A DNA stretch of 32,000 bases from Acidothermus cellulolyticus 11B (GTDB lineage: Bacteria > Actinomycetota > Actinomycetes > Acidothermales > Acidothermaceae), in assembly GCF_000015025.1 (NCBI RefSeq), contig NC_008578.1, positions 420,001 through 452,000 of the forward strand, in the 5' to 3' direction. A program made the position numbers and the translations under genes. The notes beneath the pieces were generated by a model. The model did not search any database and was not told the origin of the DNA. It worked only from the letters and a program-made list of their open reading frames with translations. Of this stretch, positions 15,611 through 26,100 are shown piece after piece; positions within the stretch are counted from its first letter, which is position 1; every line of letters starts with the position of its first letter.

Positions 15611-18328
15611 TTGCGTCGCGCCCTCATCCTCCCCGCACTGCTCGCGCTTCCGATTGGTCTTCTCGTCGCTCCTGTCATCTCTGCACCCACTCCCACGCCG
15701 CACGCGGTGGCGCCGCGCGTCTACCACCACTCGCTCAACGTCCCGCCGCAACCGGTAACGAGCGGCGGCCTGGTCACGACCGGCGAGTTGGCGACCAAGC
15801 CGTTCCGCGCGGTGGGGCTGAGTTGGCGACACGATCCGGCGATCACCAATCTCAAAGCCGAGATTCGCGTGCGCACCGACGGGCGCTGGACGTCGTGGCA
15901 GGACGTCGAGGCCAGTGACATCGGTGCGGATCGGTCCACGGACTCCGGGCGGGTGGCACCGCGGGACGCGACCGAGCCGCTCTGGGTCGATCACGCGGAC
16001 GGCGTCCAGGTGCGGCTGATCGCATATACCGGGGACGAGCCGAAGGATCTCCGGATCGAGCTCATCGACCCCGGCACTTCCGCAGCCGATGCGCATCCGG
16101 GCCCGCCGCATCCGCTGCAAACAGCCGTGGCTGCCGCTGCGCAACCGCAGATCTACACCCGTGCCCAGTGGGGCGCGGACGAGTCGCTGCGGCTCTCGGC
16201 ATGTCCGGACGGTCCGCAGTACACCGGGCCGGCCAAGGTGGGGTTCGTCCACCACACGGTGACCGGGAACTCGTACACGCCTGCCGACGTACCCGCCATC
16301 ATCCGGTCGATCTACGCCTATCACGTGCAAGGCGAAGGCTGGTGCGACATCGGATACAACTTCCTCGTCGACCAGTTCGGCCGGATCTGGGAAGGCCGGT
16401 ACGGCGGTGTCGACAAGAACGTGCTCGGCGCGCATACCGGCGGGTTCAACACCAACAGTTTCGGCGTCGCGATGATTGGGACGTTCACCACCGCCGTGCC
16501 GCCGACCGCGATGGTCAATGCAGTCGCCGCACTGATGGCGTGGAAATTCACCATCAACTACGACAATCCCCTCGGCACCGCGACTCTCGTCGCTGCATCT
16601 TTCAGCGGATCGCGATACCCGGCAGGGACGCCGGTGACCCTCAACGTCGTCTCCGGCCACCGTGACGTCGACCTCACCGACTGTCCCGGCGACGGCGGGT
16701 ATTCGGTCCTTCCGGCAATCCGCCAGCTTGCCGCGCAGGACATGGGGAATTCCGGCCTCGTCCAGCCGTCGGCCGTGGTCACCCAGCGCACCGTCTCGGG
16801 CAACGGCAGCGTTCGTGTCACCGCCGGCATGATGAGCCCCGGGGATTGGACGCTCGCGGTGCAGAATTCCGCTGGCGCCACGGTCCGGACGGTGTCCGGC
16901 TCCGGTTCGACCGTCGACGTCACGTGGGACATGACCGATGACTCGGGCGTTCCGGTTCCGCCCGGCCCGTACACCCTGACGTTGTCGAGCGTGCAGAACG
17001 GCAATGCGGCATATCCGTGGTCGACGACGGTTGTGGTTGGCGCGCCGTTCGGTTCATTGGACGGCGCAACGGCCCCTGCCCTGAACACTGTTGAGGTGCG
17101 CGGCTGGGCCCTGTCGGGGTTGAGCGACGATCCGGTGACCGTCCGGGTCACCGTTTCCGGGGCGACCGTCGGCACGACGACGGCCACCGCTCCGCGGCCT
17201 GATGTGGCTGCAGTGTTTCCGGGTTATTCCATCAACCATGGTTATGACGCCACTTTTTCCGCGAGCCCTGGTTATCACACGGTGTGCACGTTCGGCGTCA
17301 GTACCATCGGCGGCCCGGACACTCTGCTCGGCTGCCAAGGGGTGACCGTGCCTGGCCCGTCCATGACCGGGAATCCGCAAGGGAATTTCGAGACGATTCG
17401 CGGCGGACCCGGCGTCGTTGAAGTAACCGGCTGGGCACTTGACCCCGATACGGTCAATCCGATCACCGTGCATGTCTATGTCGACGGCGCATTTGCGACG
17501 GCGATCACGGCGGACGGCAACCGTCCGGACGTCGCCGCGGTCTTCCCGCAGTACGGCCCCGCGCACGGCTTCGACGGCTTTGTCACCGGCCTGTACGGCG
17601 GCACGCACACGGTGTGCGTATACGCGATAAACGTCGGCCCGGGCACGGTCAATCCCGTTCTCGGGTGCAAGCAGGTGAGTCTGCCGGGCGGGAATCCATT
17701 TGGGAATTTCGAAGCGGCGCAGGGTCTTCCCGGTGCTGCGCGGGTGACCGGCTGGACGATCGATCCCGACACGGCGAATCCGATTCTCGTACACGTGTAT
17801 GTGGACGGCCGGTTTGCCGGCCTCGGCCGGGCGGACGGCAACCGGCCGGATGTGGCCGCGGCGTTTCCCGGATACGGTGCGGCGCACGGCTTTGACGTGA
17901 CCGTGCCGGTCAGCTACGGCGGTCGTCACCAGGTCTGCGTGTACTCGATTAACGTCGGTGTCGGTTCGGTGAATCCGCTGCTCGGTTGCCGGACGGTGAC
18001 GCTGCCTACCGGGGTGCCGTTTGGTTCACTGGACACTGCGGTCGGCGGTTCGGGAACCATCCACGTCACCGGTTGGGCGATTGATCCGGACGTCGTCACC
18101 CCGATTGTGGTGCACATTTATGTGGACGGCCGCGGCGCCGTAGCGCTCACCGCGAACGGCTATCGCCCGGATGTTGCAGCGGCATTTACCGGATACGGAT
18201 CCGCGCATGGTTTTGCCGGCGACGTCGGCGCTTCGCCGGGTACTCACCTGGTGTGCGCGTACGGCATCAATGTCGGGCCGGGTAACGTGAATCCGCTGTT
18301 CCGGTGCCTGCGGGTGACCGTGCGCTGA
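15611..18328 (+). CDS. Secreted N-acetylmuramoyl-L-alanine amidase (Amidase_2/PGRP domain) + Ig-like domain + 4 copies of the ~105-aa repeat
   Basis: TTG start with AGGAG 8 nt upstream, followed by signal peptide MRRALILPALLALPIGLLVAPVISAP. The Amidase_2 core spans about 16151-16690 (YTRAQWGADE...VHHTV...GWCDIGYNFLVD...GAHTGGFNTNSFGVAMIG...GHRDV..TDCPG). A FlgD-Ig-like stretch (GDWTLAVQNSAG...PPGPYTLTLSS) lies at about 16835-16990. Confidence 0.9.
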   Translation: MRRALILPALLALPIGLLVAPVISAPTPTPHAVAPRVYHHSLNVPPQPVTSGGLVTTGELATKPFRAVGLSWRHDPAITNLKAEIRVRTDGRWTSWQDVEASDIGADRSTDSGRVAPRDATEPLWVDHADGVQVRLIAYTGDEPKDLRIELIDPGTSAADAHPGPPHPLQTAVAAAAQPQIYTRAQWGADESLRLSACPDGPQYTGPAKVGFVHHTVTGNSYTPADVPAIIRSIYAYHVQGEGWCDIGYNFLVDQFGRIWEGRYGGVDKNVLGAHTGGFNTNSFGVAMIGTFTTAVPPTAMVNAVAALMAWKFTINYDNPLGTATLVAASFSGSRYPAGTPVTLNVVSGHRDVDLTDCPGDGGYSVLPAIRQLAAQDMGNSGLVQPSAVVTQRTVSGNGSVRVTAGMMSPGDWTLAVQNSAGATVRTVSGSGSTVDVTWDMTDDSGVPVPPGPYTLTLSSVQNGNAAYPWSTTVVVGAPFGSLDGATAPALNTVEVRGWALSGLSDDPVTVRVTVSGATVGTTTATAPRPDVAAVFPGYSINHGYDATFSASPGYHTVCTFGVSTIGGPDTLLGCQGVTVPGPSMTGNPQGNFETIRGGPGVVEVTGWALDPDTVNPITVHVYVDGAFATAITADGNRPDVAAVFPQYGPAHGFDGFVTGLYGGTHTVCVYAINVGPGTVNPVLGCKQVSLPGGNPFGNFEAAQGLPGAARVTGWTIDPDTANPILVHVYVDGRFAGLGRADGNRPDVAAAFPGYGAAHGFDVTVPVSYGGRHQVCVYSINVGVGSVNPLLGCRTVTLPTGVPFGSLDTAVGGSGTIHVTGWAIDPDVVTPIVVHIYVDGRGAVALTANGYRPDVAAAFTGYGSAHGFAGDVGASPGTHLVCAYGINVGPGNVNPLFRCLRVTVR
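17042..18325 (+). repeat. Array of 4 tandem ~105-aa protein repeats (amidase C-terminus): 17042-17353, 17369-17686, 17687-18007, 18008-18325
   Basis: The units align on NPxGNFE / GWAxDPD / PIxVHVYVDG / RPDVAAAFPGYGxAHGF / GxHxVCVYxINVGxGxxNPxLGC. Copy 1 is degenerate. Confidence 0.9.
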
Positions 18329-18419
18329 CCGGCTTCGCCGGCTGCCGGTGCGGCCGCGGCCCGCCGCGCTGATTGCCGGTAAGATGCCGCCCTGGACACC
18401 GTCAGGCGGCGAGGAGCGG

Positions 18420-19808
18420 ATGAGCGCAACCGGAGGTCCACGACGGCGTGTGCTCGTCGTGACGAGCGACCCGCTGCAGGTGAAAATGGCCGGGCCGGGA
18501 ATTCGTGCCTGGCACATCGCGAAAATCCTCGGCGCCGAACACGACGTGAAACTCCGGAGCACCTCGGGCTGCTCCTTGTCCGGTGAGGGTTTCGACGCGG
18601 GCGCGACAGCGACGGCGGCCGAGGTGCGCGCCCTCGTCGAGTGGGCGGACATTCTCGTCGTCCACGGTGACGCCGTGCATGCCTACCCGTTCATCCGGGA
18701 GAGCGGGAAAATCCTGGTCGCCGACTTGTACGACCCGTTCCACCTCGAACAACTGGAACAGACCCGATGGCACGACCGGCCGGGGCGTGACCATCTCATC
18801 GCCGCGGCGACGGCCGTCATCGATGAGCTGTGCCTCCGCGGCGATTTCTTTCTCTGCGCGAGTGAACGGCAGCGCGCGTTCTGGCTGGGACATCTCGCCG
18901 CGCTCGGCCGGGTCAACGTGGCGTCGTACGACGCGGACGCCACGCTGCACACGTTGTTCGGAATCGTGCCGTTCGGTATTCCGGAGCAGCCGCCGGTCCG
19001 CCGGCGCCGGGCGTTGAAAGGGACTCATCCCGGCATCGGCCCGGACGACACGGTCATTCTCTGGGGCGGTGGCATTTACGAATGGTTCGACCCGCTCACC
19101 GTGATCCGCGCGGTCGGTGAGCTCGCACCCACGCATCCGGCGGTCCGATTGTTCTTCCTCGGCATGCGCCATCCGCATCCCGGCGTACCCGAAATGCCGA
19201 AGGCCCGGCAGGCCCGCGAACTCGCCGATGCTCTCGGGCTTACCGGGTCGCACGTTTTCTTCAATGATTCCTGGGTGGATTACGCCGACCGCGCCGATTA
19301 TCTGCTCGACGCCGATATCGGGGTGAGCTGCCACCTGGAATCGGTGGAAACAGAATTCTCGTTCCGCACCCGGATGCTGGATTACCTGTGGGCCGGGCTG
19401 CCGATGGTCGCGACCCGCGGCGACGTTTTCGCCGATTTGATTGAGAAACACCGTCTTGGGGCGACGGTCGCCCCGGGCGACGTCCGCGGTTTCACCGAGG
19501 CGCTGCGCCGGCTGATCGACGACGTCCAGTACCGGCGCGAATGCCGGGAGCGGACCGCAGGGGTCGCGGATCAGTACCGGTGGCCGGCGGTCCTTCAACC
19601 GCTGGTCGCATTCTGTCGTTCTCCCCGGCGCGCACCCGACCTCGTCGATCCGCTCACCGCCCGGCGCCTTGCCCGGGCATCGCGCCGGGTGGCGCGCGAG
19701 GTGGAGGGCTGGCGTCGTGACCTTGATGTGCTCACCGCGCACTACCAGCTCGGCGGCCTCCGCCGGCTGGCCGCCCGGGTGCGGCGCCGGATCACGGACC
19801 GGCGGTAG
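18420..19808 (+). CDS. Glycosyltransferase, GT-B fold (group 1 / GT4-like)
   Basis: RRVLVVTSDPLQVKMAGPGIRAWHIAKIL N-domain. The C-domain has VILWGGGIYEWFDP...RLFFLGMRHP and an EX7E-like ETEFSFRTRMLDYLWAGLPMV. ATG 18420 is preceded by GAGGAG; alternative starts are 18348 and 18384. Confidence 0.75.
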   Translation: MSATGGPRRRVLVVTSDPLQVKMAGPGIRAWHIAKILGAEHDVKLRSTSGCSLSGEGFDAGATATAAEVRALVEWADILVVHGDAVHAYPFIRESGKILVADLYDPFHLEQLEQTRWHDRPGRDHLIAAATAVIDELCLRGDFFLCASERQRAFWLGHLAALGRVNVASYDADATLHTLFGIVPFGIPEQPPVRRRRALKGTHPGIGPDDTVILWGGGIYEWFDPLTVIRAVGELAPTHPAVRLFFLGMRHPHPGVPEMPKARQARELADALGLTGSHVFFNDSWVDYADRADYLLDADIGVSCHLESVETEFSFRTRMLDYLWAGLPMVATRGDVFADLIEKHRLGATVAPGDVRGFTEALRRLIDDVQYRRECRERTAGVADQYRWPAVLQPLVAFCRSPRRAPDLVDPLTARRLARASRRVAREVEGWRRDLDVLTAHYQLGGLRRLAARVRRRITDRR

Positions 19809-19833
19809 GTCGGATCACGGACGGGCGTTAGGT
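19788..19833. repeat. 23-nt tandem duplication spanning the 3' end of the + strand GT gene and the convergent intergenic gap
   Basis: cggatcacggaccggcggtaggt / cggatcacggacgggcgttaggt, with 21 of 23 positions identical. The first copy contains the TAG stop (19806-19808). The second copy ends on the first base (19833) of the minus-strand GT stop codon. Confidence 0.9.
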
Positions 19834-20945
19834 CAGCCCGCGCAGGCCTGCCGGTAGGCGGCGACGGTCAGGTCGGCGCATCGGTCCCAGGTGAAGGTCG
19901 CGGCCCACGTCCGCCGGGCGGACCGGCCGGCGTCGTCAGCCGCGTCGTCCGAGATCGCGCAGAGCGCCTCCGCGAGCGCTTCGGCGTCCGAGACCGGGAC
20001 GTACCGGGCCAGCCCGCCGGTGACTTCGCGCAGCGCCGGGATGTCGCTCGCCACCACCGGCGTGCCGCAGGCGAACGCCTCGAGCGCCGGCAGTCCGAAA
20101 CCCTCGTACCGGGACGGAATCACCACGGCAGCCGCACCGGCGGTCAGCGAGCGGACGACGTCGTGCGGCAGGTAGCCGGTGCGCACCACTGATCCGTCGT
20201 CGGCGGTGTCCACCGGCACGTCACCCCACCCGGCGGCGCCGACCACGACGAGCGGCGGCACCTGCGGGTTGCCGGCCCGGGCGAGCCGGTGCGCCTGGAG
20301 GAGGACGGGCAGATTTTTGCGGGGTTCAAGGGTGCCGATGAAGAGCACATATCTAGCCGGGATCCGGTAACGCTCCCGCAGTTCGCGGCCCGGCGGGGTC
20401 GCGGTGAACCACGCGGCGTCCACCCCGAGCGGCGTGACCACCACGCGGTCACGCGGAAACCCATAGGCGGCCGTGAGGTCGTCGGCGATCGCCCGCGAGG
20501 GGACGACGACCACCCGGGCGCGTTGCAGGGCGCGCGGGACGAGCACCCGGTACTCCCGCGACTTCGCGTCGACGGTGTCGGGATACAGGAGGAAGGCCAG
20601 GTCGTGAATGGTGACGACTCCGGCGGCGGACCGGGCCGGCGGCAGCACGAAGTTGGTGCCGTGGAAGACGTCGGCCCGCCCGCAGATCCGTTCGACTGGT
20701 GGAAGATTGCTGAGCCGCCACGCGAGGCGGAGCGCTCGGGCCGGTGCCCGGCGCGCGCGCACGGCAGCTCCCGGCGGCAGGTCAGGCAGGCGGTTCAGCC
20801 GGCCCCGCCAGGTGAAGGCGGTGAGGGTGAGGCGGACGTCGTCCCGCGCGGCGAGGGCGGCGGCGAGCTGAGCGACGTAATGCCCGACGCCGGTGCGGAT
20901 GCCGAGCAGCGGGGTGGCGTCCAGCGTGACATGCACGCTCGGCAT
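19833..20945 (-). CDS. Glycosyltransferase family 4 (GT-B, group 1)
   Basis: VHVTLDATPLLGIRTGVGHYV N-terminus; C-domain FIGTLEPRKNLPVLL...IPSRYEGFGLPALEAFACGTPVVASD (EX7E). I chose ATG 20945; the tracked start at 21038 adds a non-homologous leader. Confidence 0.85.
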   Translation of the reverse strand: MPSVHVTLDATPLLGIRTGVGHYVAQLAAALAARDDVRLTLTAFTWRGRLNRLPDLPPGAAVRARRAPARALRLAWRLSNLPPVERICGRADVFHGTNFVLPPARSAAGVVTIHDLAFLLYPDTVDAKSREYRVLVPRALQRARVVVVPSRAIADDLTAAYGFPRDRVVVTPLGVDAAWFTATPPGRELRERYRIPARYVLFIGTLEPRKNLPVLLQAHRLARAGNPQVPPLVVVGAAGWGDVPVDTADDGSVVRTGYLPHDVVRSLTAGAAAVVIPSRYEGFGLPALEAFACGTPVVASDIPALREVTGGLARYVPVSDAEALAEALCAISDDAADDAGRSARRTWAATFTWDRCADLTVAAYRQACAG

Positions 20946-21055
20946 CGTGTCACGGGCGCTGGTCGGACGGCGCGGTGGTGTGCCGTAGCATGGGGAAACG
21001 ACCGACAAGATCGTACCCGCACGAATGGTGCGCCGCACGAAGCCGGAGTCCCACG

Positions 21056-21862
21056 GTGACCCAGGTGGCCGAGTTGTGGCGTTACCGCGGTTTGATCGGC
21101 AATTTCGCCAGCCGCGAGCTGAAATCGAAGTACAAGCACAGTGTGCTCGGCTGGGCCTGGTCGCTGATCAATCCTGCGGCGACGCTTGCGATCTATACCG
21201 TGGTTTTTTCGACGATATTCCGGGCGACGCCGCCTCCCGCGCACAACGGCATGACGACCTACGTCGTCTATCTGTTCATCGGCCTGGTCGCGTGGAACTT
21301 CTTCAGCAATGTGGTCAACGGCAGCATGGCGGCGCTGATCGGCGCCGGCGCGTTGCTCAAGAAGATTTACTTTCCGCCGTACGCACCGGTCCTCGGCACC
21401 GCGGCTTCGGCGCTGGTGCAGACGAGCATCGAGTTCGGCGTCCTGTTGCTCGTGCTCGTCGGCGTGGAGAACGTCTCCTGGTCGCTCTTCCTGACGCCGC
21501 TCGTCTTGGCGCTGCTGCTCATCTTCGCCTCGGGGATCGGTCTCCTCTTCGCGCTGTTCAACGTCTTTTACCGGGACATCAGCTACTTGGTCGGCGTGGT
21601 GTTGCAGCTCATTTTCTATGCGACACCGGTCATTTGGGCGCCGCAGCAGCTGCTCGGGCACGCGCACGGCCACCTCGCGGTGCGGGTACTTGCCATCAAT
21701 CCGCTGTACCAATTCGTCGAGGGTTTCCGCGACGTGCTCTGGACCGGAACGGTTCCGTCAGCAAGCCGGTGGGGGTGGATGATTCTCGCCGCGGCGATCA
21801 GCATCGGTGTCGGGCTGACCGTGTTCATTCGCGGGTCGCGTGACGTGAGCGAGGAACTATGA
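21056..21862 (+). CDS. wzm: ABC-2 type polysaccharide export permease (Wzm/RfbD/TagG-like)
   Basis: LWRYRGLIGNFASRELKSKYKHSVLGWAWSLINP is the classic ABC-2 N-terminal motif, followed by about 6 TM segments. GTG 21056 has GGAG 7 nt upstream. The stop overlaps the next start (ATGA). Confidence 0.85.
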   Translation: MTQVAELWRYRGLIGNFASRELKSKYKHSVLGWAWSLINPAATLAIYTVVFSTIFRATPPPAHNGMTTYVVYLFIGLVAWNFFSNVVNGSMAALIGAGALLKKIYFPPYAPVLGTAASALVQTSIEFGVLLLVLVGVENVSWSLFLTPLVLALLLIFASGIGLLFALFNVFYRDISYLVGVVLQLIFYATPVIWAPQQLLGHAHGHLAVRVLAINPLYQFVEGFRDVLWTGTVPSASRWGWMILAAAISIGVGLTVFIRGSRDVSEEL

Positions 21863-23133
21863 CGCAAACCGCTACGTCCGATCGTCCACCGGCGGTCATC
21901 GTCGACCACGTCACGAAGGATTTCAAGCTGTACCGGGAACGCCGGACCAGCCTCAAGGAGCGGCTGACGACTCGGCGGCCGAGCCGTTACGAGTTGTACC
22001 GCGCGCTTAACGACGTCAGTCTCGTCGTGCCTGCGGGATCGACGTACGGCCTGATCGGAGCCAACGGATCCGGCAAGAGCACGTTGCTGAAGTTGATGGC
22101 GAACATCCACCGCCCGACCAGCGGCACTATCACGCACAACGGCAGGATCACCGCGCTGCTGGAGCTGGGTGCGGGCTTTCACCCGGAACTTTCCGGCCGC
22201 GACAACGTCTACCTCAATGGGTCGATTCTGGGACTGAGCCGGAAGCAGGTGGCCGCGGCGATGGATGACATCATCGAGTTCAGCGGCCTCCGTGACTTCA
22301 TTGACGCACCGGTCAAGGTCTATTCGTCCGGAATGTACGTGCGTCTCGGCTTCTCGGTCGCGGTCAACCTCGACCCGGAAATTCTCATCATCGATGAGGT
22401 CATTGCGGTGGGTGACGAGGAGTTTCAGCGCCGTTGCTTCGACCACCTGGCGAAGCTGCGCCGGCGCGGCGTCACCATCATTTTCGTCTCGCACAGCATG
22501 CCGCTCGTGCAGACGCTCTGCGATCGAGTGGCCTGGATCGACCGGGGAGTGCTGCGGGCCGAAGGGGATCCGAGCGAGGTCGTCGACGCGTACCTCGCGG
22601 TGGTGAACGCCGCCGAGCGGGAACGTCTCGCCGCGCAGGGGGAAGCCGCGGCGTCCGGTGAGGCCGTGCGGCGCGGCAGCCGGGAGATTGTCGTGAGCAA
22701 CGTGAGTTTTCTCGACGGCAACGGGGAACCGACGCTCGCCGCCGTCGCCGGCGAGCGGCTCGTCGTCCGGGTGCACTACGCCGCCGCACAACCGGTCACC
22801 GCACCGGTCTTTGGCCTTGCCTTCCATACCGAAGGCGGCGTGCTCGTCAGCAGCCCGAATACCGAATATGCCGGCGTGCGATTCGGCACCCTGCACGGTG
22901 AGGGTTACGTCGAGTACGTGCTCGACCACCTTCCCCTCACCCCGGGGACGTATCTCGTCTCGGCATCCATCACGGACACGTCGTTGCTGCACGTGTACGA
23001 CCAGCGCGACCGGGCGTTCACCTTGACCGTGCAACCTGGGCATTCCCTCGATCGCGGCGGGGTGGTGACCCTCGGTGGACGCTGGTCGGTTGTCGGATCA
23101 ACGGTGGGCGAGCGGGTGGAGGCAATGTCGTGA
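21859..23133 (+). CDS. wzt: Polysaccharide ABC exporter ATP-binding protein (Wzt/TagH-like) with C-terminal Wzt_C-type beta-sandwich domain
   Basis: Walker A GANGSGKST, signature YSSGMYVRLGF and Walker B ILIIDE are present. The extra ~150-aa C-terminal domain (22681-23130; EIVVSNVSFLDGNGEP...LVVRVHY...GTYLVSASI) resembles the O-antigen-cap-binding domain of Wzt. Confidence 0.85.
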   Translation: MTQTATSDRPPAVIVDHVTKDFKLYRERRTSLKERLTTRRPSRYELYRALNDVSLVVPAGSTYGLIGANGSGKSTLLKLMANIHRPTSGTITHNGRITALLELGAGFHPELSGRDNVYLNGSILGLSRKQVAAAMDDIIEFSGLRDFIDAPVKVYSSGMYVRLGFSVAVNLDPEILIIDEVIAVGDEEFQRRCFDHLAKLRRRGVTIIFVSHSMPLVQTLCDRVAWIDRGVLRAEGDPSEVVDAYLAVVNAAERERLAAQGEAAASGEAVRRGSREIVVSNVSFLDGNGEPTLAAVAGERLVVRVHYAAAQPVTAPVFGLAFHTEGGVLVSSPNTEYAGVRFGTLHGEGYVEYVLDHLPLTPGTYLVSASITDTSLLHVYDQRDRAFTLTVQPGHSLDRGGVVTLGGRWSVVGSTVGERVEAMS

Positions 23134-26100
23134 AGGTCAACCTCGGGTGCCGCGGCGGCTATTTCGACGGTTGGACCAACGTGGATGCGGACGCCGGAGT
23201 CCGCGCGGACATTCATCTCGATCCGCTCGATTTTCTCCGCCGGTACGCCGACGACATTGACACGTTGTACGTCGGTGCGCTGCTGGAGCAGCATCCGGTC
23301 GAGTACGCCTTGTCGTTGCTGCGCCTCGCCAATGACCGGCTGTGTCCCGGCACGGTCGTCGTGGCGGTGACGCACGACGTCAAGGCGATTTTGCGCGCCG
23401 CCGTCACCGGCGCCCTGACTGCCGCAGAATCGGCGGCTGCGGATGTGTCCCGGTATGTGGAGCAACCGGAGAACGTGTCGTACTACGACACACACTCGCT
23501 CGCGGCCCTGTTCCACCGCGCCGGTTTTGCCGATGTGACGCCGATTGGCGACCTGGACGCCGAACTGTCTGCGCTCGGCGTCGGTCCGGTCGATGCCCGG
23601 TGGCGCTGCGCGGTGCGCGGTGTCGCGGTAGGCCGGCGCTATCGCAGCGTCGATGCCATTGTCGAAGCCGTTACCGAGGACACCGCCGGTGAAACCGCCA
23701 GGGAAGCGGCTGAGCCGGCAGCCGAGGAAACGGCTGGTGTTTCCCGGGCTGGTGTGTCCCGGGCGGCAGGCGGTGCTGACGCGGGCAGACCGCTGCGGCC
23801 TGAGGTGCTCACCGAGGCGCATTCCGCGTTGCGTGAGGTGCAGAAGCTGCGCAGCGCGCTGATTCGTGAGCATGAGCGGCGGGTGCTTGCCGAGCAGTAC
23901 CTGGAGGAGCTGACCGAGCGGACTGGCGAGGACACCGCGCGACGCGACGAGCCGGTGGAACGCGTTCCCGAAGTGGGCGGTCGTGAACCCGACACCGCCG
24001 CTGCGGAGAACGCCGCGGCCCTCACCTGGCGGGAACGGGCCAAGCGTTTCGCCAAGACTGTGCTCCCTCCCGGATCCCGTGGACGTATTGCGGCGCTGGG
24101 CGCGCTCCACCTGTACCGCGAAGGGCGGACCGTGCTGCGGAGCCTCCGGCAGGTCGCGGCGGAAGCGGGATTTGCCCGGCCGCCGAGTTATTCGCGGTGG
24201 TACCGATATCACGACGCGACACCGCATCACCTGAGACTCCAGCGGCGTGCGTCCGAGCGCGCGACGATGCCGCCGACGTTTCTCGTCTGCGTCCTGGCCG
24301 ACACCGCCGACCGCCAGCCGATCGCAACGACCATTGCGAGCATTCGCAGTCAATCCTGGCAGCACGCGAAGCTGGTCATTTGCGCTGCGGAACCGATCGC
24401 GCGTGCGCTCCAGGGGGTTTTCTCTGACGTCGACGTCATCGGCGCGCCGACGGTCGCGGACGCCGTGATGCGGGCGGTGGATGGCAGCGACCGGGATTTT
24501 GTGCTGCTGCCGGACGCCGGGGACGTGCTTGCCGCGGACTGCCTCTATCGCGTGGCACAGGCGGCGTGGCGAAATCCCTTGCTTGACCTCACCTACTGGG
24601 ACGACGACCAGCTCGGTGCCGACGGACGCCGGCATGACCCGCTCTTCCGCCCGTCCTGGTCGCCCGAGATGCTCTTCAGCGTCAACTATCTCGCCCAGTC
24701 CTTCGCCGTCCGGCGCCGGCGGATCCGTGCCATTGGGTCGCTCCACGGTGATTCCGCGGAGGTCATGCGCTGGGATCTCCTGCTGCGCGGCAATTTCACC
24801 GGCGAGCAGGTGGAACGACTCGCGCACGTCCTTGGGCACGTGCGTCGCCGTGTCTTCGGCGTGACTGAGGCCGGCCGGCAGGTTGTGCAGGCCGAACTGG
24901 CGCGTCGCGGTCTTCCGGCGGCTGCGGAACTCGATGCGCACGGCGTACGGCTGCGCTGGCAGCTTCCGGAGTGGCCGACGGTCAGCATCATCATCCCCAC
25001 CCGGCACAACCGCCGACTGCTCTCCACTGTGCTCGACGGGCTGCGGGCCACGGATTATCCGTCGTTCGAGGTGAGAATCGTCGACAACGGCGGCTACTCA
25101 ACGGAGAACGAGGCGTGGTACGCCGAACAGCTGCGCGGGCTGGACGCGCACGTCACGTGGTGGACCGAGGAGCCGTTCAACTACTCGCGGGTCAACAATG
25201 CCGGCGCCGCTGACGCCCGCGGTGACGTGCTGGTTTTTCTCAACGACGACATCGAACTGACCGATCCGTCCTGGCTGCGTGAACTCGTCGGATGGACCTC
25301 GGTGTCCGACATCGGGCTCGTCGGCCTGCAATTGCTTGACGGCAACGGACGCATCCAGCACGGCGGTGTCATCCTCGGTCTCGGCGGTTTCGCCGACCAT
25401 CTCTTCCAGGGCATGGCGCCCGGCACCATGACGATGTTCGGCCACACCGGGTGGTATCGCAACCTCTTGTCGGTGACCGGGGCGTGTGTCGCGGTACGCC
25501 GTGAGGTGTTTCGCACGATCGGCGGCTTCGACGAACGGTTCATCCTCTGCGGCAGTGACGTCGCGTTGGGACTCGACCTCGTCGAAGCCGGTTACCGGAA
25601 CATCTGCTCGCCGTACGGCGGGGTTCGGCATTTGGAGTCAGCCACCCGCGGCACCGACATTCCGCGGCAGGATTTCTTCACCAGCTACTGGCGCTACAAC
25701 ACGTGGCTCTTCGGTGGTGACCCGTACTTCTCACCGAATCTCTCGCTGTACAGCCGGGAGCCGCGGTTGCGGAATCCGTTCGATCCGCCGATTTTGAAGC
25801 GGGTGTCAGCGGTTCTCGGCCGTGAGCTTCGGGTGTTCCGGCAAAAGAGCGATGCATCCGAGGCGGCTGGACTCGCCGCGGTGTCCCGGGCGGACGACGT
25901 CGACGTCGCCGCGGTCCGCTCATTGCACGAGCGCAATCAGGGTCACATCGACGTCCGGACCATCAACTGGTACATCCCGGAAATTGATTCACCGTTTTAC
26001 GGCGGCATCAACACCGCATTCCGGATGGCCGACTACCTCGCGCGTCGGCACGGAGTGCAGAACCGCTTTGTCGTGTGGGCAAAACCGGCTGAGGAGTTCA

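Noticed and set aside
18380-18385. TAAGAT hexamer (TANNNT -10-like) upstream of the GT gene at 18420.
   Set aside because: There is no matching -35 or extended -10 element. It lies within 40 nt of the start, and alternative in-frame starts (18348, 18384) would overlap it. A single hexamer is too weak to call a promoter.
22905-25007. 700-aa minus-strand ORF antisense to the wzt gene 3' end and the large synthase gene. Similar long antisense ORFs occur at 1149-2210, 4976-5983, 5625-7112, 15575-16660, 18402-19742, 20795-21712, 21616-23043, 25989-26969, 26605-27576, 27580-28842 and 30883-31953.
   Set aside because: The translations are Arg/Pro/Gly/Ala-rich with no recognisable motifs. Each lies opposite a gene with strong family signatures. 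These are typical shadow ORFs caused by stop-codon depletion in high-GC DNA.
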